A DNA stretch of 24,000 bases from an uncultured Actinomycetota bacterium (GTDB lineage: Bacteria > Actinomycetota > Acidimicrobiia > Acidimicrobiales > Bog-793), in contig CAVYKV010000002.1 in the NCBI GenBank assembly GCA_963769255.1, forward strand, positions 392,229 through 416,228, given 5' to 3'. Position 1 is the stretch's first letter; each line of letters starts with the position of its first letter. A program made the position numbers and the translations under genes. This document shows, piece after piece, positions 1 to 9,524 of this stretch. The notes under the pieces are model-generated. The model did no database searches and was not told where the DNA came from. It was given only the letters and a program-made list of their open reading frames with translations.

Positions 1-282
1 TTCGAGCTCGGCTATGTGAACGGCGAGCTCGCCATCTGCGACGAGGTGCTGACGCCGGACTCGAGCCGGTTCTGGCCGGCCGAGGCCTGGCGACCGGGCA
101 GCGCACCGCCGTCGTTCGACAAGCAGCCGGTGCGCGACTGGGCGGAGAGCACGGGCTGGGACAAGGCATCCCAGCCGCCCCCGATGCCGGCGGAGGTCGT
201 CGCGGCCACGAGGGAGCGGTACGTCTCGGCCTACGAGCGGATCAGCGGGCGGTCCTTCGCCCGGTGGTGGGGCGCCGAGTGA
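1..282 (+). CDS. purC: SAICAR synthetase, C-terminal fragment (5' end outside window)
   Basis: Frame 1 is open from base 1 and reads FELGYVNGELAICDEVLTPDSSRFWP...SFDKQPVRDW...RERYVSAYERISG, typical of the PurC C-terminus. purS and purQ follow directly. Stop TGA at 280-282. Confidence 0.85.
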   Translation, partial: FELGYVNGELAICDEVLTPDSSRFWPAEAWRPGSAPPSFDKQPVRDWAESTGWDKASQPPPMPAEVVAATRERYVSAYERISGRSFARWWGAE

Positions 283-542
283 GGTTCGCCGCCACGGTGG
301 AGGTCTCCGCCCTGGAGGGGCTGGCCGATCCGGAGGCAGCCACGATCGAGCGTGCCCTCCCCCTCCTCGGCTTCGACGCCGTCGGTGAGCTGAGCGTCGG
401 CCGCATCTTCCGGTTCGTCGTCGAGGCCGCCGATGCTTCCGCGGCCGAGGCGACGGCCGAGCAGCTGGCCCACCGCCTCCTCGCCAACCCGGTCATCCAG
501 CGCGCCCGCGTGTCGGTCACACCGGCGCACGCCCCGGCGTGA
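279..542 (+). CDS. purS: FGAM synthase subunit PurS
   Basis: About 87 aa. Reads [31 protein letters not shown]...[14 protein letters not shown], matching the PurS pattern. I chose GTG 279 as start because it forms a GTGA overlap with the purC stop; ATG 264 is the in-frame alternative. The purS stop also overlaps the purQ start as GTGA (539-542). Confidence 0.8.
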   Translation: MRFAATVEVSALEGLADPEAATIERALPLLGFDAVGELSVGRIFRFVVEAADASAAEATAEQLAHRLLANPVIQRARVSVTPAHAPA

Positions 543-1283
543 CCACGAGCGACGGCAAGGCGCCGGCTCCGGTGGCGGTGGCCGTCGTCGTCTTCCCGGG
601 GTCGAACTGTGAGCACGATGTCGTCGAGGCGCTCTCGCTCCTCGGCGCCAGGGCCGAGCTCGTCTGGCACACGGAACGCTCTCTTTCCGGCTACGACGCC
701 GTCGTCATCCCGGGGGGTTTTGCCCATGGCGACTACCTGAGGCCCGGGGCCATCGCCCGGTTCTCTCCCATCATGGATTCCGTGCAGACAGGCGCCGCCG
801 AGGGTCTGCCCGTTCTCGGTATCTGCAACGGATTCCAAGTGCTGACGGAGGCGCACCTGCTCCCGGGCGCGCTCGATCCGGAACGCGGGCGGACGGTTCC
901 TCTGCGAGATGATCGAGTGCGAGGTGACCTCGACACAATCCGCCATGACGGCGCTGAGCACGCTCGGAGAGCGCCTCCAGCTCCCGATCAATCATTTCGA
1001 GGGCAACTACACCTGCACCCCCGAGACGGCAGAGGTCCTCGAAAGCCAGGGACAGGTGCTCCTGCGCTACGTGTCCAACCCCAACGGCTCCACCCGGTCG
1101 ATCGCCGCTGTCGCCAACGAGCTCGGCAACGTCGTGGGACTTATGCCACATCCCGAACGAAGCTGTACCCACCTCATGAGCTCGGCGGACGGCCGAGGCC
1201 TTCTGCAGTCGTTCCTGACGTCGGCGGCGGCTCCGACCCCGCAAAGTCAAGCGGGGTCGGCCACCGTCCGCGCCAACGCTTAG
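539..1283 (+). pseudogene. purQ: FGAM synthase glutaminase subunit PurQ, interrupted by an apparent +1 frameshift near base 875
   Basis: The N-terminal part (539-874) reads [12 protein letters not shown]...[14 protein letters not shown]...[19 protein letters not shown]. Homology resumes one frame over at 876: [18 protein letters not shown]...HFEGNY...NPNGS...GLMPHPER, with stop at 1281-1283. The 432-aa track ORF 539..1837 is read-through in the wrong frame. Confidence 0.85.
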
Positions 1284-1717
1284 GAGTGACGGCTCCAGTG
1301 AATGCCGGCGCGGGCGAGCACATTGGCAGGCACGCCTACCTCACGCCAAGTCTTGTACTCGATGCCCTTCCGCTCGCCGTATTCGGCCGCGACGACGACG
1401 AATGCCTCTTCCAGCGCCTCGATGTCGACGACCTCGGTGTCCTCGGCATTGGCGAGACGGCGATCCAGGTCGCGCCGTTGCTGGATGAGGTGCGCACGCT
1501 TGAGGGGATCGGCCGAGGCGATCTTGTTGTCGATCTCACTGCGGCGCGACGCCAGCGACTCGCTGCTGACTTGGCGTCCGCGGCGCGGCTTGTTCTCCTC
1601 GAGGGCCTCGAGATAACGGCGAACAGCATTGCCTTGACGACGCCCTTCAGCGAGGGCGTCCTTGTGTTCGTCGCTCAGGGTCGTCTTGCTCTTGGTCTGT
1701 CGTTTCCGTGGGGGCAT
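1280..1717 (-). CDS. Hypothetical small basic protein (about 145 aa) on the opposite strand between purQ and purL
   Basis: I take ATG 1717 ([27 protein letters not shown]...) as start; the upstream part of the track ORF looks non-coding. It has a Lys/Arg-rich N-terminus, a probable coiled middle and a C-terminus of [27 protein letters not shown]. Third codon positions are GC-rich. I cannot assign a family from memory. Confidence 0.55.
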   Translation of the reverse strand: MPPRKRQTKSKTTLSDEHKDALAEGRRQGNAVRRYLEALEENKPRRGRQVSSESLASRRSEIDNKIASADPLKRAHLIQQRRDLDRRLANAEDTEVVDIEALEEAFVVVAAEYGERKGIEYKTWREVGVPANVLARAGIHWSRHS

Positions 1718-1833
1718 GCAACAAGTGTCGCCGCGACAGACGCAAAGTGCAACTCCACGCCTACCAACGACACCGACGTGCCCCCGCCGAGGGGAGCCAA
1801 AGATGATGTCCGCGGCCTCGTAGGGAGCCTGCA

Positions 1834-4104
1834 ATGACAGCTGTACACCGGGAGCTCGGGCTCACCGACGACGAATACCGCCTCATCATCGAGACACTCG
1901 GACGGGAGCCATTGCCCGTCGAGCTCGCCATGTATTCAGTCATGTGGAGCGAGCACTGCTCCTACAAGTCCTCTCGGGTTCACCTCCGTCGGCTCCCCTC
2001 GGAGGGTGAGGCCGTCCTCGTCGGACCGGGTGAAAACGCCGGTGTGGTCGACGTCGGCGACGGCCTCGCCATAGCCGTCCGTATCGAGAGCCACAACCAT
2101 CCGTCAGCCGTCGAGCCATACCAGGGGGCGGCCACAGGAGTCGGCGGCATCCTGCGTGACGTCTTCACCATGGGGGCGCGGCCCATCGCCCTCATGGATC
2201 CGCTCTTCTTCGGCACCCTCGAAGAGCCGCGCAGCCGCTTCATCTTCGACGGGGTCGTCCGGGGCGTCTCCGGGTATGGCAACTCCGTGGGCGTCCCCAC
2301 CGTGGGGGGGCAGCTCACCTTCGCCCCCTGCTACGCCGGCAACCCGCTCGTCAACGTCTTCTGCCTCGGGCTGCTCCCCGTCGACCGGCTCGTGCTGGGG
2401 CGGGCGACGGGCGTAGGCAACCTCGTCGTGCTCCTCGGCTCGCTCACCGGGCGCGACGGCATCGGGGGCGTCAGCGTCCTCGCCTCGGCCGGCCTCGGGC
2501 TCGGTGAATCCTCCAAACGGCCGAGCGTGCAGGTGGGCGATCCCTTCGAGGAGAAACGCCTCATCGAAGCGTCGCTCGACCTCCTTTCGGAGCACCTCGT
2601 CGTGGGCTTGCAGGACCTCGGCGGCGCCGGCTTGGCCTGTGCCACCTCGGAGACGGCGGCACGGGCCGGCCTCGGGATGGAGATCGACCTCTCCGCCGTG
2701 CCGCTGCGGGAAGCAGGCATGTCCCCCGTCGAGATCATGACGAGCGAGAGCCAGGAGCGGATGCTCGCCATCGTCGAGCCGGCCGCCATCGCCGAGGTGA
2801 TGGCGACATGTGCCCGCCACGAGGTGCGGGCGACCGTGATCGGCCGGGTGGTCGACACAGGAAGCGACGGTGTCGGGCACCTCGTCGTGCGGGACGGGCC
2901 GCCCGGCTCCGGTGAGGTCGTGGCGGACGTCCCCGCCTCCACCCTGGCCGACGGCGCGCCTCTCTACCACCGGCCGCTCGCCCCCCCTGCGGGCGACCAC
3001 CTCGAACCTCCGGCAGCAGCCGCCACGATCGCCCTGTCGGTCGGCGAGGAGTTGCTCGCCCTCCTCTACGACCCCGCCTTCGTCTACCGCCAGTACGACC
3101 ACCAGCTCTTCCTCAACACCGTGGTCGGCCCCGGCGAGGGCGACGCCACCGTCCTGAAGCTCGCTGCCCCCGGCATCGCCTGGACGGGCAAGGGCCTCGC
3201 CCTCAGCTGCGACGCCAACCCGGGATGGTGCGCCGTCTCTCCCCGGCGGGGGGCCGAGCTCACCGTGGCCGAAGCCGTCCTCAACATCGCCTGCGCGGGG
3301 GCGCGCCCCGTCGCCGTCGTCGATTGCCTCAATTTCGGCAACCCCGAGCATCCGGAGGTGATGTGGCAGCTCTCCGAGGCCGTCGATGGCCTGGCGGCGG
3401 CCTGCACGGCCTTCGGGGTCCCGGTCGTCGGCGGCAACGTCTCGCTCTACAACGAGAGCGCCGGCGCCGACATCGACCCGACGCCCGTCGTCGGCATCGT
3501 GGGCGTCGTCGAGCGCCTCAGCGAGCGGCCGCCCGTGACCTCGCTCCTCGAGGGCGGCTCCGTCGTGCTCCTCGGAGGCGACGGGAGCCGTCCGGGCGAT
3601 CTCGTCTCGATGGGCGGTTCCCGCTGGTGGCGGGAGCTCCGGGGCGGTGTGAGCAGTCAGGGCGGTCCTGGCGGTCCGTTACCCGAGCTCGACTACGACG
3701 ACCACCGGCACCTCTGCGGCTTCATCGCCGATCTGGTCTCGGCCGCCTGCGCGGGGGAGCCCACCGTGCCGATCGCCGGCCTGCACGACGTGAGCGATGG
3801 CGGCCTCGGCGTGTGTCTCGCCGAGCTGTGCTGCGCCTCGGGGCTCGGCATCGTCGTGGATGAGACCTGGACCGTGGAGGATTTCTTCGTCGAGGCGCCC
3901 TCCCGGGTCGTGGCCTGCACGCCCGATGCCCCGGCTCTCGGGAAGGCGGCCAAGCATGCCGGCGTGCGGGCCCGTGTCATCGGCCTCGCCGGCGGGGAGC
4001 GCTTTGTCGTGCCGGGGCTCGTCGATCTCGCCGTCTCCGAGATGAGCTCGGCGCGGGCCGGTCGCCTGCCCGAGGCCGCCGACCGGGTGGGCGCCTCCGC
4101 TTGA
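1834..4104 (+). CDS. purL: FGAM synthase large subunit PurL (756 aa)
   Basis: [26 protein letters not shown]...[11 protein letters not shown]...ESHNHPS...: canonical PurL motifs along the full length. A GGGAG Shine-Dalgarno-like sequence precedes ATG 1834. Confidence 0.95.
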   Translation: MTAVHRELGLTDDEYRLIIETLGREPLPVELAMYSVMWSEHCSYKSSRVHLRRLPSEGEAVLVGPGENAGVVDVGDGLAIAVRIESHNHPSAVEPYQGAATGVGGILRDVFTMGARPIALMDPLFFGTLEEPRSRFIFDGVVRGVSGYGNSVGVPTVGGQLTFAPCYAGNPLVNVFCLGLLPVDRLVLGRATGVGNLVVLLGSLTGRDGIGGVSVLASAGLGLGESSKRPSVQVGDPFEEKRLIEASLDLLSEHLVVGLQDLGGAGLACATSETAARAGLGMEIDLSAVPLREAGMSPVEIMTSESQERMLAIVEPAAIAEVMATCARHEVRATVIGRVVDTGSDGVGHLVVRDGPPGSGEVVADVPASTLADGAPLYHRPLAPPAGDHLEPPAAAATIALSVGEELLALLYDPAFVYRQYDHQLFLNTVVGPGEGDATVLKLAAPGIAWTGKGLALSCDANPGWCAVSPRRGAELTVAEAVLNIACAGARPVAVVDCLNFGNPEHPEVMWQLSEAVDGLAAACTAFGVPVVGGNVSLYNESAGADIDPTPVVGIVGVVERLSERPPVTSLLEGGSVVLLGGDGSRPGDLVSMGGSRWWRELRGGVSSQGGPGGPLPELDYDDHRHLCGFIADLVSAACAGEPTVPIAGLHDVSDGGLGVCLAELCCASGLGIVVDETWTVEDFFVEAPSRVVACTPDAPALGKAAKHAGVRARVIGLAGGERFVVPGLVDLAVSEMSSARAGRLPEAADRVGASA

Positions 4105-4151
4105 CAGCCTCGCCCTCACCATCCGGCGGCTGAGAGCGCTGGGTGCGCCGG

Positions 4152-4583
4152 TTACTCGGCGCGGTGCAGCAGGAAGGTACCGGTGGCGCGGCTCACGAGC
4201 TGAGCCGCCTGGTTCTCGACGCGGGCCTCCGCAAAGGCGATCTGCCGCGTCTCGCGTACGACGGCGCCCCGCACCGAGAGGGCGTCGCCGGCGGCGGCGG
4301 GGCGCATGAGCTCCGTCTTGAGCTCGATCGTCGCCCTCGTGCGGTCCTTGCCGGAGAGGCCGGCGTTGACGGCGAAGTTCATGGCGGCGTCGAGCACGAC
4401 GGCGTGCACGCCCGCCTGCACGACGCCGTGCGGGTTGCAGGCGAGCGCCGTCGGCTCCCAGGCGGCCGTCACCCAGCCGGCGTGGTCGTCGTCCTCGACG
4501 CCGTAGTCGTCGAACCGCACCCCGAGCTGGCCGATGACCGCCATGCCGCCGTCTCCGAGCCATCGCTTCATGTCCTTGGCCAC
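4152..4583 (-). CDS. PaaI/4HBT-type hotdog-fold thioesterase
   Basis: 143 aa. Reads ...NPHGVVQAGVHAVVLDAAMNFAV...TIELKTELMRPA...GAVVRETRQIAFAEARV..., the layout of PaaI-like thioesterases. GTG start at 4583; an in-frame ATG four codons downstream is possible. Confidence 0.75.
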   Translation of the reverse strand: MAKDMKRWLGDGGMAVIGQLGVRFDDYGVEDDDHAGWVTAAWEPTALACNPHGVVQAGVHAVVLDAAMNFAVNAGLSGKDRTRATIELKTELMRPAAAGDALSVRGAVVRETRQIAFAEARVENQAAQLVSRATGTFLLHRAE

Positions 4584-4693
4584 ATGGCCACCGTATCCGG
4601 ACGGTCCCGGCCATCGAAGCGGCAGGGTCGGAGGGCGCCTGCAGGGTCGTTGCGCCGGATGGTCCCGTCGGACCCGTTGCCGCTACTCTCTTG

Positions 4694-4707
4694 ACTGACA
4701 CGTCAGT
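4694..4707. promoter_or_regulatory. Perfect 6-2-6 palindrome ACTGAC-AC-GTCAGT in the thioesterase/thiolase divergent intergenic region
   Basis: Read directly from the sequence. It overlaps a TTGACT hexamer (4691-4696) about 55 bp upstream of the thiolase ATG. Its size and symmetry fit a dimeric repressor operator (TetR/MarR type). No regulator gene is adjacent. Confidence 0.3.
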
Positions 4708-4761
4708 TTGTCTACGAGGCGGACGCCAGAGCCGCCCGCAGTCCCTCAAGGAGAACCAGGG

Positions 4762-5937
4762 ATGCCGAATGCTGTCATCGTCGATGCCGTCCGCACGCCG
4801 GGAGGCAAGCGCAACGGCAAGCTCTCCGGCTGGCACGCCGCCGACCTCGCCGCCGAGACGCTGAAAGCGATCGCCGAGCGCAACGACCTCGACCCAGCCC
4901 TCGTCGACGACGTCGTCATGGGATGCGTCATGCAGGTCGGCGACCAGGCCATCAACGTCGGCCGCAACGCCGTGCTGGCCGCCGGTTGGCCCGAGGCGGT
5001 CCCGGCCACCACGGTCGACCGCCAGTGCGGCTCCTCCCAGCAGTCGATCCACTTCGCCGCCCAGGGCGTCATGGCGGGCGCTTACGACACCGTCATCGCC
5101 GCCGGCGTGGAGACGATGACCCGCGTGCCGATGGGAGCCTCCATCGGCAGCGGCGTCGGCTTCCCTTTCGGCCCGACGGTGCGGACTCGCTACGAGGCGG
5201 TGGGCGGCCTCGTTCCCCAGGGCATCTCCGCCGAGATGATCGCCGACCGCTGGGAGCTGAGCCGTGAAGAACTCGACGCCTTCGGCGCAGCGAGCCAGCA
5301 GCGGGCGGTGCGGGCGACGGAGGAGGGGCGTTTCGAGCGGGAGATCGTGCCGACGGAGGTGCGGGACGCCGACGGCAACGGCACGGGCGAGATGCTCACG
5401 ACCGACGAGGGGCTCCGGCCCACCACGACGCCCGAGACGCTCGCCGCTTTGAAGCCCGCCTTCAAGGCGGACGGCAAGGTCACGGCAGGCAACTCGTCGC
5501 AGATCACCGACGGTGCCTCCGCCGTCCTCATCATGTCGGAGGAGCGGGCGGCGGCGCTCGGCCTGCGGCCGCGGGCCCGTTTCGTGGCCTTCTCCGTCGT
5601 CGGCGTGGACCCGGTCACGATGCTCACGGGACCGATCCCCGCCACGACGAAGGTGCTCGAGAAGGCGAAGCTCTCACTCGACGACATCGACCTCGTGGAG
5701 ATCAACGAGGCCTTCGCCTCCGTCGTGCTCGCCTGGGAGCGCGAGCACCACCCGGACATGAGCCGCGTCAACGTGAACGGCGGCGCCATCGCCCTCGGCC
5801 ACCCGCTCGGCGCCTCCGGGGCCAAGCTAACGGCGACCCTGCTCAACGAGCTCGAGCGGACCGGAGGGCGTTACGGCCTGCAGACCATGTGCGAGGGCGG
5901 CGGGCTCGCCAACGCCATGATCATCGAGCGCCTCTGA
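4762..5937 (+). CDS. Acetyl-CoA C-acyltransferase (thiolase)
   Basis: AAGGAG lies upstream of ATG 4762. Reads MPNAVIVDAVRTPGGKRNG...VDRQCGSSQQ...NEAFASV...GHPLGASG...CEGGGLA, the thiolase signature Cys/His/Cys regions. Confidence 0.9.
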   Translation: MPNAVIVDAVRTPGGKRNGKLSGWHAADLAAETLKAIAERNDLDPALVDDVVMGCVMQVGDQAINVGRNAVLAAGWPEAVPATTVDRQCGSSQQSIHFAAQGVMAGAYDTVIAAGVETMTRVPMGASIGSGVGFPFGPTVRTRYEAVGGLVPQGISAEMIADRWELSREELDAFGAASQQRAVRATEEGRFEREIVPTEVRDADGNGTGEMLTTDEGLRPTTTPETLAALKPAFKADGKVTAGNSSQITDGASAVLIMSEERAAALGLRPRARFVAFSVVGVDPVTMLTGPIPATTKVLEKAKLSLDDIDLVEINEAFASVVLAWEREHHPDMSRVNVNGGAIALGHPLGASGAKLTATLLNELERTGGRYGLQTMCEGGGLANAMIIERL

Positions 5938-6006
5938 CTGCAGGCGACGCGGGCGCCTCCGTCGGCGCGGGCGGGAGCCGTCAGTCGGCGGCCGCCGCCT
6001 CCTCGC

Positions 6007-6549
6007 TCAGTGGTAGAAGGTCGCCATGAAGAGGCCGACGACGATGGCCACGATCCCCCCGATGAGGTACCAGTTGTTGGTGCCGCCGGGCAGGACGTTC
6101 ACATAGTTGAGCACGATCGTGAGCAGCCCGAGGATGAGGAACGCCAGGAGGACGAAGGGGTACCAGGGCGGGCTCTGGCGCCGCTCCTTCGGAATGGGGT
6201 GCGTGTAGCGCCCCGTGCGGGAGACGGCCCGGGCCGGTGGCCCGCCACCCTTCGGCGTCGTCCGCCCCCGCCCCCGCCGCCGGGGTGCAGGCTCGGTGCT
6301 GGCGGCCGCCGCCTTGGCGGCGGCGCTTTCCCTGATCGTTTCCGACCGGCTCTTCCGGGCGGCCGGGGTCGGCCGCTCCGGCGGCTTGTCGCCTCCGGCG
6401 AGAGCGGTGGCGTCGTCGGCGGCGTCCTCTCCCGGCTCGGGCTGCCCCGCCTCCCCGGTCAGCTCGTCGTCGTCCCCGCCGGCAACGTCGTCGGCGTCGT
6501 CGGGGGCGTCGTCCGCGGAATCGCCGACGCCGGAGGTGGTCTCTGACAC
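6007..6549 (-). CDS. crgA: Cell division protein CrgA with a long acidic/basic N-terminal extension
   Basis: The C-terminal roughly 75 aa (RAVSRTGRYTHPIPKERRQSPPWYPFVLLAFLILGLLTIVLNYVNVLPGGTNNWYLIGGIVAIVVGLFMATFYH) has the two-TM CrgA pattern. Its position next to trpG and pknB matches the conserved actinobacterial synteny. GTG start at 6549; the start is uncertain. Confidence 0.75.
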   Translation of the reverse strand: MSETTSGVGDSADDAPDDADDVAGGDDDELTGEAGQPEPGEDAADDATALAGGDKPPERPTPAARKSRSETIRESAAAKAAAASTEPAPRRRGRGRTTPKGGGPPARAVSRTGRYTHPIPKERRQSPPWYPFVLLAFLILGLLTIVLNYVNVLPGGTNNWYLIGGIVAIVVGLFMATFYH

Positions 6550-6612
6550 GACTGGTCAGGATAGGGCCTTCGTGGCGGTCGGTCGTGCCAGTGGGTCGTC
6601 GGTAGCCTTCGT

Positions 6613-7212
6613 ATGATGGGACCGCGGGTCGTCGTCGTCGACAACTACGACAGCTTCGTCTACAACCTCGTGCAGTACCTCGGCGAGCTCGGAGCCGAGC
6701 CCGAGGTCGTGCGCAACGACGCCATGGACCTCGAGGGGCTCCGGGCACTGCGACCGGATGCTGTCGTCGTCTCGCCCGGTCCGGGGCGGCCGGCCAGCGC
6801 CGGCATCAGCAACGAGGTCATCGCCGCCTTCGGTGCCGACGGCATCCCGGTGCTCGGCGTCTGCCTCGGCCACCAATGCATCGGCGAGGTCTTCGGTGGC
6901 GAGGTCGTGCGGGCCGGTGAGATCGTGCACGGCAAGGCATCGGAGGTCACGCACGACGGCGAGGGCGTCTTCCGCGGCCTGCCCAACCCGCTCGTGGCCA
7001 CCCGCTACCACTCGCTCGTGGTGGACGCAGCCTCGGTGCCCGAGTGCCTCATCGTGACGGCGCGCACGGCCGACGGGCTCGTGATGGGACTGCGCCACCG
7101 TGAGCTCCCCGTCGAGGGCGTGCAATTCCATCCCGAGTCGATCCTCACCGGCCAGGCCGGCCGCGACCTCTTGGCCAACTTCCTGCAGGCGGCGGGCGCC
7201 GCCGCCTACTGA
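6613..7212 (+). CDS. trpG: Glutamine amidotransferase, anthranilate/aminodeoxychorismate synthase component II
   Basis: [22 protein letters not shown]...SPGPGRP...GVCLGHQ...RYHSL...QFHPES: class I GATase TrpG/PabA motifs. Same position as trpG in the Mycobacterium crgA-pknB region. Confidence 0.9.
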   Translation: MMGPRVVVVDNYDSFVYNLVQYLGELGAEPEVVRNDAMDLEGLRALRPDAVVVSPGPGRPASAGISNEVIAAFGADGIPVLGVCLGHQCIGEVFGGEVVRAGEIVHGKASEVTHDGEGVFRGLPNPLVATRYHSLVVDAASVPECLIVTARTADGLVMGLRHRELPVEGVQFHPESILTGQAGRDLLANFLQAAGAAAY

Positions 7213-7222
7213 GGAGGCCTCG

Positions 7223-9475
7223 TCAGGGGTTCACGACCCAGGTGAAGCTCTGCGTCCCGCTGGCGCCGGTGCGGTCCGTCACCGTGACGGTGACGACGAA
7301 GGTGCCGGGGTTGGTCGGCTTCCCGGAGATGAGGCCGGTCGAGGAGTCGATCGTCAGCCCAGGTGGCAAGTTCGTCGCCGTGTAGGCGAGGGTCGGGTTC
7401 GGCCCGCCCGAATCGGTCGCCTGGATCTGGAGCGAGACGGACGTACCGACGGTCGAGGTCTGCTGACCGGGTGAGGTGACGGTCACGACGTGGCCGAGGC
7501 CGTACGTGAGCGTCACGGTCGAGCCAGGGGCGACCGAGGTCGGTCCGGTCGGGTTCTGGTCGATCACGAGGTTCGTCTCGTTCGGGGGACTCGGTGCCGT
7601 CAGCAAGGTGACAACGAGGCCGAGGTTGTGGAGATCGTTCTCGGCCTGCTGGTAGTTCTTGCCGAGATAGCTCGAGATGGCGATGCCCGGTCCCTCCGAG
7701 ACGATCAGCGTGATGGGCGAGTGGAGCGGCTGGTAGCTACTGATCGGGGGACTCGTGCTGATCACGTCGCCCTTCTTCACCGTGGACGAGAGCTGCTGTT
7801 GAGGCGTCGCCAGGTCGAAGCCCTCGTTCGTGAGCGTCGTCTGAGCCGTGGCGAGCGGCTGGTTCTTCACGTTCGGCACCTGCAGGAGCTCCGATCCGCC
7901 GTAGTAGTAGAGCGTCACCGTGCCGTTCGGAGCGATGGCGGAGTTGGCGCTCGGCACCGTCTTCCAGACGTCGTTCAGAACTTGTCCCTGCAGGCGCCGA
8001 GTCGGCTTCAGCACGTACCCGAGCCCGAGCGACTTGAGCTTGACCTCGGCCTCCGAATAGGAGTCACCGAGAAGCGGCGGCACGATCTTGCTGCCCGGCC
8101 CGAGCGAGTAGTTCACGGTGACGGCGTCGCCCTTCCGCACCTGGGCGCCCTTGTCCGGGTTCGTGGAGAGAACGATCCCCTTGGCGGCGTTGCTCTTCTC
8201 GCCCATCGGGTCCGGGACGAGACCGTCGCGCTCGAGGACGCGCTTCACCGTGGCGAGCTGGCGACCCTCGAGCCCGCTCGGCACGCGGAAGTAGCCCTCG
8301 CCGCCCAGGTAGCCGAGCTGGTGGGCCCCGTAGATGACAAGGGGCACGAGGGCGGCGATGAGCACGATGCCGACGACGGTCCAGGGGATCCAGCGGCGTT
8401 TCGGCATGACGGGGGCGCCCGGCGGCACCCCCCGTCCGCGCCCGTTGCCGGCGGCCGGCTGCCCGGTGGGAGCGCCCGCCTCCGCTTCGGCGACTCCGCC
8501 GGCGGCCGCTGCGCCCAGCACGGCGGTGGCGGCGGTGCCGACGGAGCCCTGGCGAGCCGTGACGCCCCCGAACGGCATCGCCTGCGTAGGCAGACCGACG
8601 CTCGCCATGGGCGCCATGACGGGGGAGCCCTGCATGAATCGCTGCAGGTCAGCCTGCAGATCCTCCGCTGTGGCGTAGCGATCCGCCGGGTTCTTCTCCA
8701 TGGCGTGCATGATCACGGCCTCGAGCGGGGGCGGCACGGACGGCTCGATCTGGCGGGGCGGGACGGGCGTCTCCGACACGTGTTTGTAGGCGATGGCGAC
8801 CGGGGTGTCCGCCATGAAGGGCGGACGGCCCGTCACCATCTCGTAGAGCACGACACCGAGGGAGTAGACGTCGCTGCGGCCGTCCACGCCGAGGCCCTGC
8901 GCCTGCTCGGGGGAGAAATACGTGGCGGTCCCCATGACGAGGCCGGTCTGCGTCACGCTCTCGTCGGCGCCGACGGCGCGGGCGATGCCGAAGTCGGCCA
9001 CCTTCACCTGGCCGTCGCGGGTGATGAGGACGTTGCCCGGCTTCACGTCGCGGTGCACGACCCCGTGACGGTGGGCGTAGCTGAGCGCTTTGGCGATGTC
9101 GACGGCGATGGCGGCCGCCTGCAGGGGCGGGAGGGGGGCGTGGAGCCGGATGACCTGCGACAGGGTGTCGCCGTCGATGTGCTCCATGACGATGAAGTAC
9201 GTCCGCTCCGATTCCCCCCAGTCGAAGACCGGCACGATGTTCGGGTGCGAAAGGTTGGCGGCAGCCTGTGCCTCCCGGCGGAACCGCTCCACGAAGGAGC
9301 TGTCGCTCGACAGCTCCGGGAAGAGCACCTTCAAGGCGACTGGCCGGTCGAGGAGGAGGTCGCGGGCGAGGTACACCTGGGCGGTGCCGCCGCGGGCGAT
9401 CTGGTTGCGCAACTCGTAGCGCCCGTTGTAGATCGGCGGGGCCGCCTCACCGCTCGGCGGGACGTTCACGGACAT
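7223..9475 (-). CDS. pknB: Ser/Thr protein kinase PknB: kinase domain, TM helix, four PASTA repeats, C-terminal He_PIG-like Ig domain
   Basis: YELRNQIARGGTAQVYLARD...HRDVKPGNVLI...DFGIAR (Hanks kinase). TM is WTVVGIVLIAALVPLVIYGA. Four PASTA-like units span about 7492-8287. The final roughly 88 aa read TVGTSVSLQIQATDSGGPNPTLAYTATNLPPGLTIDSSTGLISGKPTNPGTFVVTVTVTD. Confidence 0.95.
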   Translation of the reverse strand: MSVNVPPSGEAAPPIYNGRYELRNQIARGGTAQVYLARDLLLDRPVALKVLFPELSSDSSFVERFRREAQAAANLSHPNIVPVFDWGESERTYFIVMEHIDGDTLSQVIRLHAPLPPLQAAAIAVDIAKALSYAHRHGVVHRDVKPGNVLITRDGQVKVADFGIARAVGADESVTQTGLVMGTATYFSPEQAQGLGVDGRSDVYSLGVVLYEMVTGRPPFMADTPVAIAYKHVSETPVPPRQIEPSVPPPLEAVIMHAMEKNPADRYATAEDLQADLQRFMQGSPVMAPMASVGLPTQAMPFGGVTARQGSVGTAATAVLGAAAAGGVAEAEAGAPTGQPAAGNGRGRGVPPGAPVMPKRRWIPWTVVGIVLIAALVPLVIYGAHQLGYLGGEGYFRVPSGLEGRQLATVKRVLERDGLVPDPMGEKSNAAKGIVLSTNPDKGAQVRKGDAVTVNYSLGPGSKIVPPLLGDSYSEAEVKLKSLGLGYVLKPTRRLQGQVLNDVWKTVPSANSAIAPNGTVTLYYYGGSELLQVPNVKNQPLATAQTTLTNEGFDLATPQQQLSSTVKKGDVISTSPPISSYQPLHSPITLIVSEGPGIAISSYLGKNYQQAENDLHNLGLVVTLLTAPSPPNETNLVIDQNPTGPTSVAPGSTVTLTYGLGHVVTVTSPGQQTSTVGTSVSLQIQATDSGGPNPTLAYTATNLPPGLTIDSSTGLISGKPTNPGTFVVTVTVTDRTGASGTQSFTWVVNP

Positions 9476-9524
9476 GTCGGGTCGAGCCTATTCGTCGTCC
9501 CCCGGGAGATGGCTGCCATCGGGC

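Noticed and set aside
539-1837. 432-aa ORF in the track starting at the purQ start
   Set aside because: Only the first roughly 112 codons look like PurQ. After base 875 the translation becomes Arg/Pro/Gly-rich nonsense, and it overlaps the real purQ C-terminus (other frame) and the minus-strand gene at 1280-1717. It is wrong-frame read-through that stays open only because of high GC content.
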